64,000 nt of DNA from Thermoplasmata archaeon (GCA_022749995.1 JAKIWO010000003.1:9926-73925), one strand, 5' to 3'; shown: positions 26,638-35,997, counted from the first letter of the stretch. Notes: generated by a model from the letters alone, not told the origin. Made by a program: numbers and translations.

Positions 26638-27807
26638 CTAGTTCGTCCGCTCCAGCAGGTGGACGACGCTCGTCGCGCCCGTGCCGCCTACGCTGTGAGC
26701 GAGCGCGAGCTGCGCTCCCGAGACCTGCCGGCCTTCCGCTTGGCCGCGGAGCTGACGTACGAGCTCGACGACCTGCGCCACTCCGACCGCACCGAACGGA
26801 CGACCTTGCGCCTTGAGCCCGCCGGAGGTGTTGACCGTCGGCGTGCCGCCCATGGCGAACCGACCCTCGGCGAAGGCCGTGCCCGCGCCACCCTTGCCGA
26901 CGAATCCCAGGTCCTCGAGCGCGAGCAGGGCACTGATCGAGTAGGCGTCGTGCAGTTCGACCACGTTCACGTCCGAGGCGGTCTTGCGCGCCTGGCCGAA
27001 GGCGCGCTTGGCGGCCACGATCGTGGAGTCGAGGCGCGTCAGGTCGCCCCGGTGGTGGAGCGCCATCGTGTCGCTGGTGACGACGCTCGCCCGGATCGCG
27101 ACCGGCGTGTCGGTGAACTTGCGCGCTCGGTCGAGCGGCCCGAGCACGACCGCAGCCGCCCCGTCGGAGAGCGGCGCACAGTCGAGCATCCCGAGCGGCT
27201 CGGCCACCGGTGGGGCGCCGAGCACCTGCTCCAGGGTGATGCGGTTGCGGTAGTGCGCGTTCGGGTTCTTGGACCCCATCTCGTGCGCCTGGACCGGCAC
27301 CTGCGCGATCTGTTCGCGGGTGGTGCCGTGCTCGTACATGTGCCGCCGGGCGATGAGCGCCCAGAGTCCGGGCAGCGTCGCGCCGAAGACGCTCTCCCAC
27401 TCCTGGTCGGCGGTGGCGCCGGTGATCCGGTTGGCCGTCACGTCCGGAACATCGGTGAGCTTCTCCGCGCCACCCACGACTACGAAGTCGTAGGCACCGC
27501 TCGCCACGGCGAGGTAGCCTTGGTGGAGCGCGACGGCACCGCTGGCCTCGCCCGCCTCGATACGGATGGCCGGTAGGTGATGGCCGGCGAGGCCGGCGTA
27601 GTCCATCAGCAGGGGCGCGATGTGCTCCTGCTCGATCAGCGAGCCGCTCGCCATGTTCCCGAGGAAGAGCGCCCCCAGGTCGCGCGAGGAAAGCCGTGCG
27701 TCGACGAGCGCTTGGAAGCCGGCCTCGATGCCGAGCTCCCGGAAGGAGCGGTCCCAGAGCTCCCCGAACCGGGTCATCCCGATCCCGAGGATCGCGACCT
27801 CGCGCAC
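26638..27807 (-). CDS. Archaeal thiolase-domain protein of the mevalonate cluster; catalytic Cys and His substituted
   Basis: VAILGIGMTRFGE, GAEKL, DGAAA, ELHDAYS, SGGLKA. EAGEASG replaces EAACASG and GRP replaces GHP. GTG start overlaps the HMGS stop. Confidence 0.9.
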   Translation of the reverse strand: MREVAILGIGMTRFGELWDRSFRELGIEAGFQALVDARLSSRDLGALFLGNMASGSLIEQEHIAPLLMDYAGLAGHHLPAIRIEAGEASGAVALHQGYLAVASGAYDFVVVGGAEKLTDVPDVTANRITGATADQEWESVFGATLPGLWALIARRHMYEHGTTREQIAQVPVQAHEMGSKNPNAHYRNRITLEQVLGAPPVAEPLGMLDCAPLSDGAAAVVLGPLDRARKFTDTPVAIRASVVTSDTMALHHRGDLTRLDSTIVAAKRAFGQARKTASDVNVVELHDAYSISALLALEDLGFVGKGGAGTAFAEGRFAMGGTPTVNTSGGLKAQGRPFGAVGVAQVVELVRQLRGQAEGRQVSGAQLALAHSVGGTGATSVVHLLERTN

Positions 27808-28859
27808 TAGCTCCCTCCTAGGTGGATCTTGCCACGGAACTTCGCGTAGACGGCGTACGGGATCTCGACGCCTCCGGTGAGGAAGGACTCGACGAGCGCC
27901 CCTGCGGAACGGGAGTAGCTCTCGATGGCATCGGTGATATCGAAGTCGAAGGCGTCGGAGCCGGCGCCACTGCCGTAGCCGACCATCAGCACGCGCTCCC
28001 CGGCCCGGGCGTGGTCGAGCACATTGGCGAGGCCGATGAGGGCCGCGCCGGAGTAGGTGTTGCCGATGAACGGCGTCACGAGCCCGTACCGCATCTGCTC
28101 GTCGGTGAACCCGAGCTGCTTGCCCACCCGCGCCGGGAACTTGCCGTTCGGTTGGTGGAAGACCACGTGGGCGTAGCTCTTCGGAGTCGTCCCAGCTCGA
28201 TCCATGATGCGCTTGGCGCACTCCGTGACGTGGCGGAAGAATGCCGGTTCGCCGGTGAAACGGCCGCTATGGCTCGGGTACCGTTGACCCTCCCGACGCC
28301 AGAAATCCGGGGTGTCGGTGGTGTAGCTCAACGTGTGGAGCACGCGGGCGATCACCTGCTCCCGTCCGATGACGAAGGCTGCGCCGCCGGCGCTCGCCGA
28401 GTACTCGAGCGCGTCCCCCGGCGCTCCTTGGCTGGTATCGGAACCGATCGCCACGCCGTAGCGGACCATCTCGGCCCCGACCAGCCCGAGGCAGGTCTGG
28501 ATCGCGGCGGTGCCGGCCTTGCAGGCGAACTCGAAGTCGGCCGCGGTGAGCCCGGGGGTGGCTCCCACGGCTTGGGCGACCACGGTCGCCGAGGGCTTGA
28601 CCGCGTACGGGTGGGATTCACTGCCGATGTAGAGCGCTCCGATCTCCTGCGGGTCGATCTTCCCGCGGAGGAGGGCAACGCGAAGGGCCTCGGTCGAGAT
28701 GGTGATCGTGTCCTCGTCGGGGGAAGGGACCGACTTGCGCTGGACATTGAGCGAGGCACCCATGCTCGCCCCGTCGACCCCCCAGACCTTCCCGATTTCC
28801 GTCGGCGTGATTCGATAGCGCGGCACGTACGCCCCGTAGCTCACGACCCCGGCTTGCAT
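27807..28859 (-). CDS. Hydroxymethylglutaryl-CoA synthase (archaeal)
   Basis: GSESHPYAVKP, EFACKAGT, LEYSASAGG, DFWRR, FHQPNGKFP, YGSGAGSD. Confidence 0.96.
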   Translation of the reverse strand: MQAGVVSYGAYVPRYRITPTEIGKVWGVDGASMGASLNVQRKSVPSPDEDTITISTEALRVALLRGKIDPQEIGALYIGSESHPYAVKPSATVVAQAVGATPGLTAADFEFACKAGTAAIQTCLGLVGAEMVRYGVAIGSDTSQGAPGDALEYSASAGGAAFVIGREQVIARVLHTLSYTTDTPDFWRREGQRYPSHSGRFTGEPAFFRHVTECAKRIMDRAGTTPKSYAHVVFHQPNGKFPARVGKQLGFTDEQMRYGLVTPFIGNTYSGAALIGLANVLDHARAGERVLMVGYGSGAGSDAFDFDITDAIESYSRSAGALVESFLTGGVEIPYAVYAKFRGKIHLGGS

Positions 28860-28876
28860 CGACCTATGCTCCTCCG

Positions 28877-29554
28877 CTAGAGCTCCTCAAGACGCCCCAG
28901 CATCTCCGGCGCCTCGAGCGGGCTCGTTAGGAGAGGGATGTTCTCGACCTCGCTCAGGCGGATCGCGAGCGGGTCGATGCGCCCGGGATGAGAGAGGATC
29001 ACCGCGGCCGGCTTGAGCGGGTGGGCCCGGATCGCCACCATCGGCGAGCGGCCGTACCGTACGTTGGAAAAGATGAGTGCCCGCTGCGTGGTCCATCCAT
29101 ACACCTCCACGAACCGGGAGGCGTCGATCGAGAGGATCGCACGGGGCGCGTCCAAGAGGGTGTAGCCGTGGATATCTCGCCGGATGTCCACGTGGCCCAC
29201 GGGCTTGGCGTCCAGCCGGTCGGCGAGGGTCCGAAGCGGGATGGCCACCGAGAACTCCCGTAGTGCGAGCACCCCGTCGGAGTGGGTACGCAACCCGAGC
29301 CGCTGCGCGACCCGTCCGCCGGTGTGGCTGTCGACGGCGAGCAACGCGTCGATGTACTTCCGGATAAAGGCCGCCCCGGGGCTCGCCCGGCGCTCCGACT
29401 CGTAATCCGAGATCACCGACGGTACGGTGGACAGCGAACGGGCCAAGTCCCGCTGCGAGACGGCGAAGTCCTCCCTCCACTTGCGAAGCGTCCGCCCCGG
29501 GTGTGGGGACAGGACGACCTCGCCCGCGATCTTCTCGCGGAGCTCGATCTCCAC
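28877..29554 (-). CDS. XRE-type HTH transcriptional regulator associated with the mevalonate cluster
   Basis: IAGEVVLS..PGRTLRKWREDF..SQ..LA...SVISDYES, YGWTTQRALIF, GRSPMVAIR; GTG start. Confidence 0.85.
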   Translation of the reverse strand: MEIELREKIAGEVVLSPHPGRTLRKWREDFAVSQRDLARSLSTVPSVISDYESERRASPGAAFIRKYIDALLAVDSHTGGRVAQRLGLRTHSDGVLALREFSVAIPLRTLADRLDAKPVGHVDIRRDIHGYTLLDAPRAILSIDASRFVEVYGWTTQRALIFSNVRYGRSPMVAIRAHPLKPAAVILSHPGRIDPLAIRLSEVENIPLLTSPLEAPEMLGRLEEL

Positions 29555-29576
29555 GAGCCCGCCCGAATCCGGGAGA

Positions 29577-29592
29577 CCTATAAAATGTTCCG
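29577..29592. promoter_or_regulatory. TATA/BRE element, possibly bidirectional
   Basis: CCTATAAAATGTTCC reads GGAACATTTTATA on the minus strand about 25 nt before the GTG at 29554, and TATAAAA on the plus strand before the structured region. Confidence 0.6.
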
Positions 29593-29594
29593 TC

Positions 29595-29860
29595 CAGCTG
29601 TCGTCCGGGGGGTTCGACAGGTGCCGGAGGAGTGGACCGGGCGAGAGTTTCCGGCGTCGGCGATTGCCGACCCCTTTTGAACTCGCGGCCTCTACCTTGC
29701 CAAGGTAGCGATCTTCCGGGCTAATCTACCGGCCCACATCCACTCCGGGAGCCGCCGGCTGAATAACGGTTTCTCTTCGGAGGCGGGCACGATGGCTCCG
29801 CTCGGAGAGTTCAGCCCTCGGGAACGAGGGTTGAGCAGGGAACCAGCGCTCGAGCTGCGA
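29595..29860 (+). ncRNA. Candidate structured non-coding RNA, family not recognised
   Basis: ORF-free intergenic region with nested helices, a cUUCGg tetraloop and a 9-bp GGAA-capped hairpin on the plus strand, flanked by TATA-like elements. Confidence 0.45.
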
Positions 29861-29915
29861 GTCGATCCGCTCCTTCCAGCAAAGTGTTATCCCCCGACGG
29901 GATACGACTAGTTCG

Positions 29916-30275
29916 ATGGCCGAAGAGGCCTCTTCCGGCGAGCCGCTCGATCTGCTGCTCAAGAGCACGCGGGACCTACTGCGCCCTGAGGAACTGGTCC
30001 GAGAGGCCACGCGCGACATCGTCAAGGAAGAGATCCGGCACCACCTCGACAGGACGCTCAAGCAGAATCCGGAGTTGGCCCGGGCCCTCAAGGACGCCGT
30101 GCGCTCGTTGCTCGAGGCGCGGGCCGCCGAGTATGCCGCGCTGGTCCGCGTGGGAGCCTGCACCGCGCGTTTGGGGCTGGCGGCCGTGCCGCAGGAGATC
30201 CGCCAGCAGCTCACCCGAGAGGTTCTCGACCTGGTGGGACACGAGCTCGGGCAGATCGCGGAAAGGACGCTGTAA
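29916..30275 (+). CDS. Hypothetical alpha-helical protein
   Basis: 119-aa ORF; its TAA overlaps the next ATG; AAAGTGTTAT promoter-like element about 25 nt upstream. Confidence 0.75.
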   Translation: MAEEASSGEPLDLLLKSTRDLLRPEELVREATRDIVKEEIRHHLDRTLKQNPELARALKDAVRSLLEARAAEYAALVRVGACTARLGLAAVPQEIRQQLTREVLDLVGHELGQIAERTL

Positions 30276-31102
30276 TGCGGGACCCGCTCCCCGCGGACCC
30301 GAACGCGGTCCGCATCTACGAGATCAAGCGAGTCGATGTCGAGGGCGCGATCGTCATTGACGGCTTTCCTTCGGTGGGCCTGGTCAGCTCGATCGTGGCG
30401 AACTACCTCATCGACACCCTCGAGATGGAGCAGATCGGGATCGTCGAATCGGCCGCTTTCCCCACGGTCGCCCTCGTCCGGGGCGGGATTCCGCAACATC
30501 CCGTCCGCATCTACGCGGGCAGTCCGCCACCGGCACGGACCGGCCGCGCGCCCGACAAGATCGTCGCCTTCGTGAGCGAGTTCCACCCGGCGCCGACCGT
30601 CATCCATCCGCTGGCCCACGCCATCCTCGACTGGGTCCAGGAGCAGCGCTGCTCGCTGCTCGTCTCCCCCGAGGGACTCAGCGTGGAGAAGCCCGCCGGT
30701 GAGACCACCCGGCACCGTGCGCCCCGACTGCAGGACGTGAAGGTGTACGGCATCGCCAGCACCAACCGGGCCCGCGATCTCTACATCGAACCGAACTTGC
30801 TCCCGTTCACCGAAGGAGTGATCACCGGCATCGCCGGCGTGCTCCTCAATGAGGGCCGCCGTCGGGGATTCGACGTACTCACGTTCCTCGCCGAGGCCCA
30901 GGCGGATTACCCCGATGCCCGGGCGGCGGCCAAGGTCATCGAAACGATCAACCGGGTCCTCCTCCGCGCGCCGCTCGACCCCGAACCGCTCTACCACGAG
31001 GCCGAGCGGATCGAGCAGCAGTTGCTCTCGATCCAGAAGAATGCGCAGGAACGCGCCCGTGGCGAGCGCGCGGTTCCCTCCGCGGCGCCGATGTACCGCT
31101 AG
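30275..31102 (+). CDS. Proteasome assembly chaperone PAC2-family protein (PbaA/B-like)
   Basis: IDGFPSVGLVSSIVANYL, HPVRIY, GVITGIAGVLL, YPDARAAA, L..EAERIE. Confidence 0.9.
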   Translation: MRDPLPADPNAVRIYEIKRVDVEGAIVIDGFPSVGLVSSIVANYLIDTLEMEQIGIVESAAFPTVALVRGGIPQHPVRIYAGSPPPARTGRAPDKIVAFVSEFHPAPTVIHPLAHAILDWVQEQRCSLLVSPEGLSVEKPAGETTRHRAPRLQDVKVYGIASTNRARDLYIEPNLLPFTEGVITGIAGVLLNEGRRRGFDVLTFLAEAQADYPDARAAAKVIETINRVLLRAPLDPEPLYHEAERIEQQLLSIQKNAQERARGERAVPSAAPMYR

Positions 31103-32373
31103 CGGCCCGGCACGTCCGCGCGCTCGGACAAGAGCGCTTCGAACCAAGCAAAGAGCTGTCGGCTGACCACCGACCAGTCGTACGCTTCGACCATCCGAGC
31201 GTGCCGGGCAGCCCGCGCGGTCGAACTCCGGTCCGGTGGTCGCTCGACCAACGCCTGGATCCGCGCACGGAGCGCTTCCGCCGTCGGGGGGACGTACTCG
31301 AGCGACCCCCGACGCTCGAACTCGTCGAAGACACCGCGGACCGTGTCGGATGCTACGACGTACAGGCCGCTGGAGAGCGCTTCGAGTGCCACGAGCCCCA
31401 GCGTCTCGAATCGGCTGGGGAAGAGGAACACATCGCAGGATCGGTACACTGCTGCGAGCTCAACGCTCGGAAGGATGCCGTGGTAGTGGATCCGCGAATC
31501 CCTCGCAGCGCGCTGCTCGACCTGAGAGCGGAGCGGGCCCGTGCCGGCCAGATGAAGCTCCATGCCCGCGTGGTCGAGCTGCCCCCAGGCTTCGAGGAGC
31601 ACGTCGGTTCCCTTCATCGGATCCAGGCTGCCGACGAACAGGAATCGAGTCGGGCCAGACTCTCGCCCGTTGATTCCGGGGGTGAACAGGTCGGTATCCA
31701 CCCCGAGAGGGATCAGCGCGTCGTGACGACCGCGCCGGAGGCGCCGCTCCCAGAACACCGGTTGGGTGACGTGGTAGCTGTCGATACGGCCGGATCGTCC
31801 GCGCGACCGGGCCCGGAACAACGCGCGCAGGAGTCGGCTCGAGCGGAGTGCCGGGAAGCTGACCAGGCCGCCGGAGAGGTCGTCGCAATGGGTGCTGCCG
31901 ACCACGAGGGCCCGGCTGCCCTGCGGTAGGACCCAACGGGCATCCTCGTTCCGAATCAGGTAGACCAGGTCGGCATTCTGGATCGGCCCGAGTGCGGCGG
32001 CGTTGCGTCGTCGCTCGGCCCGGAAGATCCCGGGTCGTGCCAGCAGCAGCCCCACGGCCGAGATCAGGTAAAGAAAGCGCGAGCGGGAGGCCAGGAGGAG
32101 CAGGCGGTCCGGTTCGACCGAGCGACGGCTCGAGCTCAACCGGATCCGTCGGACGCCGACGAGCAGCGGGTCGACGTACTCCGTGCTCCAGCGTTCGAAG
32201 CGAGCGTAGTCGGTCTCGACGAGCAGGAGCTCGAACCGATCGCGCGGTGCCCGACGAAGGACCTGGACCAGAAACTGTTCGGTGCCGGCACCGGCGGTGA
32301 TCGCCGTGAACGCGACGAAGCAGACGCACGGTCGAGCGGGAGCTGCCAGGGAATCCTTCGGCGGGCCGCTCAA
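31099..32373 (-). CDS. GT4 family glycosyltransferase
   Basis: IPLGVDTDLF, FLFVGSLDPMKG, FPSRFETLGLVALEALSSG; TTG start. Confidence 0.88.
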   Translation of the reverse strand: MSGPPKDSLAAPARPCVCFVAFTAITAGAGTEQFLVQVLRRAPRDRFELLLVETDYARFERWSTEYVDPLLVGVRRIRLSSSRRSVEPDRLLLLASRSRFLYLISAVGLLLARPGIFRAERRRNAAALGPIQNADLVYLIRNEDARWVLPQGSRALVVGSTHCDDLSGGLVSFPALRSSRLLRALFRARSRGRSGRIDSYHVTQPVFWERRLRRGRHDALIPLGVDTDLFTPGINGRESGPTRFLFVGSLDPMKGTDVLLEAWGQLDHAGMELHLAGTGPLRSQVEQRAARDSRIHYHGILPSVELAAVYRSCDVFLFPSRFETLGLVALEALSSGLYVVASDTVRGVFDEFERRGSLEYVPPTAEALRARIQALVERPPDRSSTARAARHARMVEAYDWSVVSRQLFAWFEALLSERADVPGR

Positions 32374-32440
32374 GGTGTGGGCCGACCGCAGCGCGCGATT
32401 TGGTCCTTGTCGTGCGGGCGCCGAGCGAGGTCCGGTGGTG

Positions 32441-33730
32441 CTAGCGCTTCCGCTTGGGGCGCGCGCGAGCCGGAGCGGCCATTGTGCGGCGTGCGGTGGT
32501 CTTGGGAGCGGATTCGGGAACGCGCTCGAGCAACTCGGTCACTCCGTTCACGAGCGCGTCGGCGTCCGCCTCGGTGTTGTAGGCGTAGAAGGAGGCGCGG
32601 ACGTTGCCCTCGAGGCCCCGGGCCTCGTACCAGGAGTGCACGCAGTGGCGCCCAGAACGGACCATGACGTGGTGGCCGGCGTCCAGGAACAGCGCCGCAT
32701 CGGCCGGATCGACTCCGTCGAGGGCGAACGCGTACACGCTCGGTCGATCGGCCGGCGCGGAGGGACCAAGCACGTGCACTCGAGGCTGATCGGCGAGCCC
32801 GCGGCTGACCCGAGCATTGAGCGCGCGGTCGTGGGCCGTGATCTGATCCCGGCCGATCCGCCCGAGATACTCGATCGCCGCTCCCGTCCCTAGCACCCCG
32901 GCGTAGTTCTGCAGGCCGGCTTCGAAGCGATGCGGCGGGGGCCGCAGGGCGTGCTGGGTGAGGGTGCTCCATTCCACCGTTTCTCCGCCGGTGAGCAGCG
33001 GGCGGAGGCCCGAAAGCTGCTCGAACGGGGCGGCCAAGAACCCGACTCCGGTAGGACCCATCATCTTGTGGGCCGAGACCGCGTAGTAGTCGACTCGGAG
33101 CTCGCGCAGGTCTACGGGGAGGTGCGGGGCGGCCTGGCAGCCGTCCACGAGCAGTTGGGCGCCGTGGTCATGCACCACCTCGGCGATCTCCCGAATCGGC
33201 AGAGAACGCCCGTCCAGGTTCGAGGTGTGGAACAGGCTCACCAGCCGTGTGCTCCGATGGAGTTGTCCGCGCAGTTGCTCGAGGTCAAAGCCCGATTCCG
33301 GCAGGGCGAGCACATCGATCCGGATGCCCCGCTCGGCGGCGAGCCGCTGCCACAGGACCAGGTTGGAGTTGTGCTCCTGATCGGAGATGAGCACCCGGTC
33401 GCCCCGCTTCCACGGCAACCCTTGGCCGACGAGATTCAGCGCTTCCGTGGCGTTCCGGAGGAAGACGATCCCCCTCGGATCCCCCAACGAGAGGAACTCG
33501 CTGCACAGCTCGCGAGAACGTTCGTACCGGTGGGAAACCTCCTCGGCAAATCGGTGCAGGCTGCGGCCCGCGCAGCCCGGGAAGTCTCGGTAGTATTCCT
33601 CCATCGCACCGAGCACCGCCTGAGGGACGAGCGACATGCAGGCCGAGTCGAGGTAGACGGGAACAGTTCCCTCTGAGCGCTCGCGGAGCGCGGGGAAGTC
33701 CCGCCGAACGATCACGTCGGAGAAGCTCAT
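32441..33730 (-). CDS. Cysteine desulfurase, SufS/group II type (aminotransferase class V)
   Basis: VYLDSA, RNATEALN, EHNSN, VDGCQ, HKMMGPTG (PLP Lys), RSGRHC, RASFYAYNT. Confidence 0.9.
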   Translation of the reverse strand: MSFSDVIVRRDFPALRERSEGTVPVYLDSACMSLVPQAVLGAMEEYYRDFPGCAGRSLHRFAEEVSHRYERSRELCSEFLSLGDPRGIVFLRNATEALNLVGQGLPWKRGDRVLISDQEHNSNLVLWQRLAAERGIRIDVLALPESGFDLEQLRGQLHRSTRLVSLFHTSNLDGRSLPIREIAEVVHDHGAQLLVDGCQAAPHLPVDLRELRVDYYAVSAHKMMGPTGVGFLAAPFEQLSGLRPLLTGGETVEWSTLTQHALRPPPHRFEAGLQNYAGVLGTGAAIEYLGRIGRDQITAHDRALNARVSRGLADQPRVHVLGPSAPADRPSVYAFALDGVDPADAALFLDAGHHVMVRSGRHCVHSWYEARGLEGNVRASFYAYNTEADADALVNGVTELLERVPESAPKTTARRTMAAPARARPKRKR

Positions 33731-34016
33731 AGAGCACGAAAGTCGGACGTATCGTCACAGGCGCACCCGCCTATTTCCGCCTCACGCTCCCGCACCGCGC
33801 CCTCCGGGGCCGCCCCCCGGTTCAAGGAGGCGTCACCTACGAAGCTCGGGCATCCTCGACACTCCTTGGCGGCGCCCACCGCCGACGGCGCGCGGGGAGG
33901 CCGCAGGGGTTATGCGAACGAGCGGGATGGCCGCCCAATCGGCGTGTGCGGCACGCTCCGCCCAGCGGAGGTCCGTCTGGGGCCGCGACGCGGGACTCCA
34001 CACGTTATGCGTAAGT

Positions 34017-34024
34017 CTTTATAG
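34017..34024 (+). promoter_or_regulatory. TATA box of dnaK
   Basis: CTTTATAG about 65 nt upstream of the ATG; GAGGA SD before the start. Confidence 0.6.
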
Positions 34025-34086
34025 TACCGAAGCCTTACCAATGTCGTAGTGCCCTGGGTGAGACCCGGTGCACGAGGAATCAGCAG

Positions 34087-35985
34087 ATGGCAAAGATCAT
34101 TGGAATCGACCTCGGAACGAGCAACTCCGCCGCCTCCGTGCTGGAAGGCGGCCGGCCCGTCATCATCCCCTCCGCCGAAGGCACCACCGTCGGCGGCGGG
34201 AAGGCGTTCCCCTCCTACGTCGCGTTCGCCAAGGACGGGGCGCTCGTCGTGGGCGAGCCCGCCCGGCGCCAAGCCGTCTCCAATCCGGAAGGCACGGTCA
34301 CCGCCTTCAAGCGGAAGATGGGGACGGACTACAAGTACCGGGTACAGGGCAAGGAGTACACCCCGCAGCAGCTCTCCGCGTTCTTGCTGCAGAAGATCAA
34401 GCGGGACGCCGAAGCGTACCTCGGCGAGAAGGTGGAGAAGGCCGTCATCACCGTCCCTGCCTACTTCAACGACAACCAGCGCCAGGCGACGAAGGACGCC
34501 GGCGCCATCGCCGGCCTCGACGTCGTCCGGATCATCAACGAGCCGACCGCGGCGAGCCTGGCTTACGGCCTCGATAAGGGGGGTAAGACGCAGAAGATCC
34601 TCGTGTTCGACCTGGGCGGCGGCACCCTCGACGTGACGATCATGGATTTTGGGGAGGGCGTCTTCGAGGTGCTCTCCACGAGCGGTGATACCCAGCTGGG
34701 TGGGACCGACATGGACACGGTCATCACCGAATGGGTGGTCGGCGAGGCCCAGAAGGACTCGGGCGTCGACATCCGCAAGGACAAGATGGCAATGCAGCGG
34801 GTCCGCGACGCCGCCGAGAAGGCGAAGATCGAGCTCTCCTCGACGCTCGAGACCCAGATCAACCTCCCGTTCCTGAGTGCCACATCGGCGGGACCTACCC
34901 ACCTCGCGTTGACGCTCAACCGAGCGAAGCTCGAGGAGCTCGTGCGCCCGATCATCGACCGGTGCAAGGGCCCGGTCGCCCAATCGATGCGCGACGCCAA
35001 GCTCGAGAAGGCCCAGGTGGACCGAATCGTCCTCGTCGGAGGTCCGACGCGGATGCCGATCGTTCAACGGTTCCTCGAGCAGGAGGTCGGCCGCCCGATC
35101 GAGCGCGGCGTCGACCCGATGGAATGCGTGGCGATGGGCGCTGCCATCCAGGCCGGCGTGCTCGCCGGCGAGGTCAAGGACGTACTGCTGCTCGATGTTA
35201 CGCCGCTCTCCCTCGGCGTCGAGACGCTCGGCGGCGTGCTCACCAAGCTCATCGACCGGAACACCACCATCCCGACCCGAAAGAGCCAGATTTTCACGAC
35301 GGCCGCCGACAACCAGAGCTCCGTCGAGATCAAGGTCGCCCAAGGGGAGCGGCCGATGTGGTCCGACAACGTCGCGCTGGGCAGCTTCATGCTGACCGGC
35401 CTGCCGCCGGCCGCCCGAGGCACCCCCCAGGTGGAGGTCTCCTTCGACATCGACGCCAACGGCATCCTGAGCGTCTCGGCCAAGGACCTCGCGACGGGGC
35501 GCAAGCAGGGGATCACGATCACCGCGTCGAACAAGCTCTCGAAGGACGACGTGGGGCGGATGGTCTCCGAGGCGGAGAAGTTCGCCGAGCAGGACCGCCA
35601 GCGGGCCGGCGAGGTCGAGGCGCGCAACCGCGCCGAGTCGCTCACCTACGAGGCCGAGCGGGTCCTGGCCGAGGCGAAGGAGAAGGTACCCGAGGCCGAG
35701 GCCAACGAGCTCCGGACCAAGATCGCGGCGCTCCGGGAGGCCCTGGCCAAGAACGACGCCGCCGCCATCACGGCCAAGGTGGACGACCTGACGCACGGGC
35801 TCCACGCGCTCGCCCAGCGGCTGTACCAGCCCCCGAGCGGTCCCGAGAACGCATCCCCCTCCTCCCCGGAGTCCGCGCCGACCGAGGACGCCCCGGACCG
35901 GAGCGGTCCGGCCGGCGGACCGGTCGACGCCGACTTCAAGGTCGTCGACGAAAAGGGCGACGACTCCGGCCCCCAGAAGCCGTAG
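34087..35985 (+). CDS. dnaK: Chaperone DnaK (Hsp70)
   Basis: [53 protein letters not shown]. Confidence 0.98.
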   Translation: MAKIIGIDLGTSNSAASVLEGGRPVIIPSAEGTTVGGGKAFPSYVAFAKDGALVVGEPARRQAVSNPEGTVTAFKRKMGTDYKYRVQGKEYTPQQLSAFLLQKIKRDAEAYLGEKVEKAVITVPAYFNDNQRQATKDAGAIAGLDVVRIINEPTAASLAYGLDKGGKTQKILVFDLGGGTLDVTIMDFGEGVFEVLSTSGDTQLGGTDMDTVITEWVVGEAQKDSGVDIRKDKMAMQRVRDAAEKAKIELSSTLETQINLPFLSATSAGPTHLALTLNRAKLEELVRPIIDRCKGPVAQSMRDAKLEKAQVDRIVLVGGPTRMPIVQRFLEQEVGRPIERGVDPMECVAMGAAIQAGVLAGEVKDVLLLDVTPLSLGVETLGGVLTKLIDRNTTIPTRKSQIFTTAADNQSSVEIKVAQGERPMWSDNVALGSFMLTGLPPAARGTPQVEVSFDIDANGILSVSAKDLATGRKQGITITASNKLSKDDVGRMVSEAEKFAEQDRQRAGEVEARNRAESLTYEAERVLAEAKEKVPEAEANELRTKIAALREALAKNDAAAITAKVDDLTHGLHALAQRLYQPPSGPENASPSSPESAPTEDAPDRSGPAGGPVDADFKVVDEKGDDSGPQKP

Positions 35986-35997
35986 GGGCCGGGCGGC

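Noticed and set aside
29604-29620. CCGGGGGGTTCG resembles the 5' end of archaeal SRP RNA; GGTTCGACAGG resembles tmRNA
   Set aside because: There is no complementary CCCC or Alu loop-loop partner, no helix-8 CAGG/AGCA motif, and no tRNA-like 3' end.
29628-29643. GAGGAGTGGACCGGGC resembles RNase P CR-I (GAGGAAAGUCCGGGC)
   Set aside because: The core AAAGU is missing, no CR-V partner occurs downstream, and the segment pairs instead with 29739-48.
29748-29793. GGAGCCG/CGGTTTC stem resembles group II intron domain V
   Set aside because: There is no upper stem or GNRA loop, no proper domain VI, and no interrupted gene or RT nearby.
24154-32373. The two GT4 genes as an MshA partner forming a mycothiol-like cluster with the MshC-like gene
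   Set aside because: They are more than 20 kb from the ligase, GT4 is ubiquitous, and no deacetylase or acetyltransferase is adjacent; kept only as a remark.
33790-33895. Hairpins upstream of the sufS-like gene (AAGGAG/CTCCTT stem, CCGGGG/CCCCGG), considered as a fluoride riboswitch or K-turn guide RNA
   Set aside because: Consensus residues and a proper K-turn are absent; such stems are expected at this GC content.
33927-34050. Short ATG-initiated ORF upstream of dnaK
   Set aside because: It runs through the dnaK TATA box and has no SD or recognisable features.
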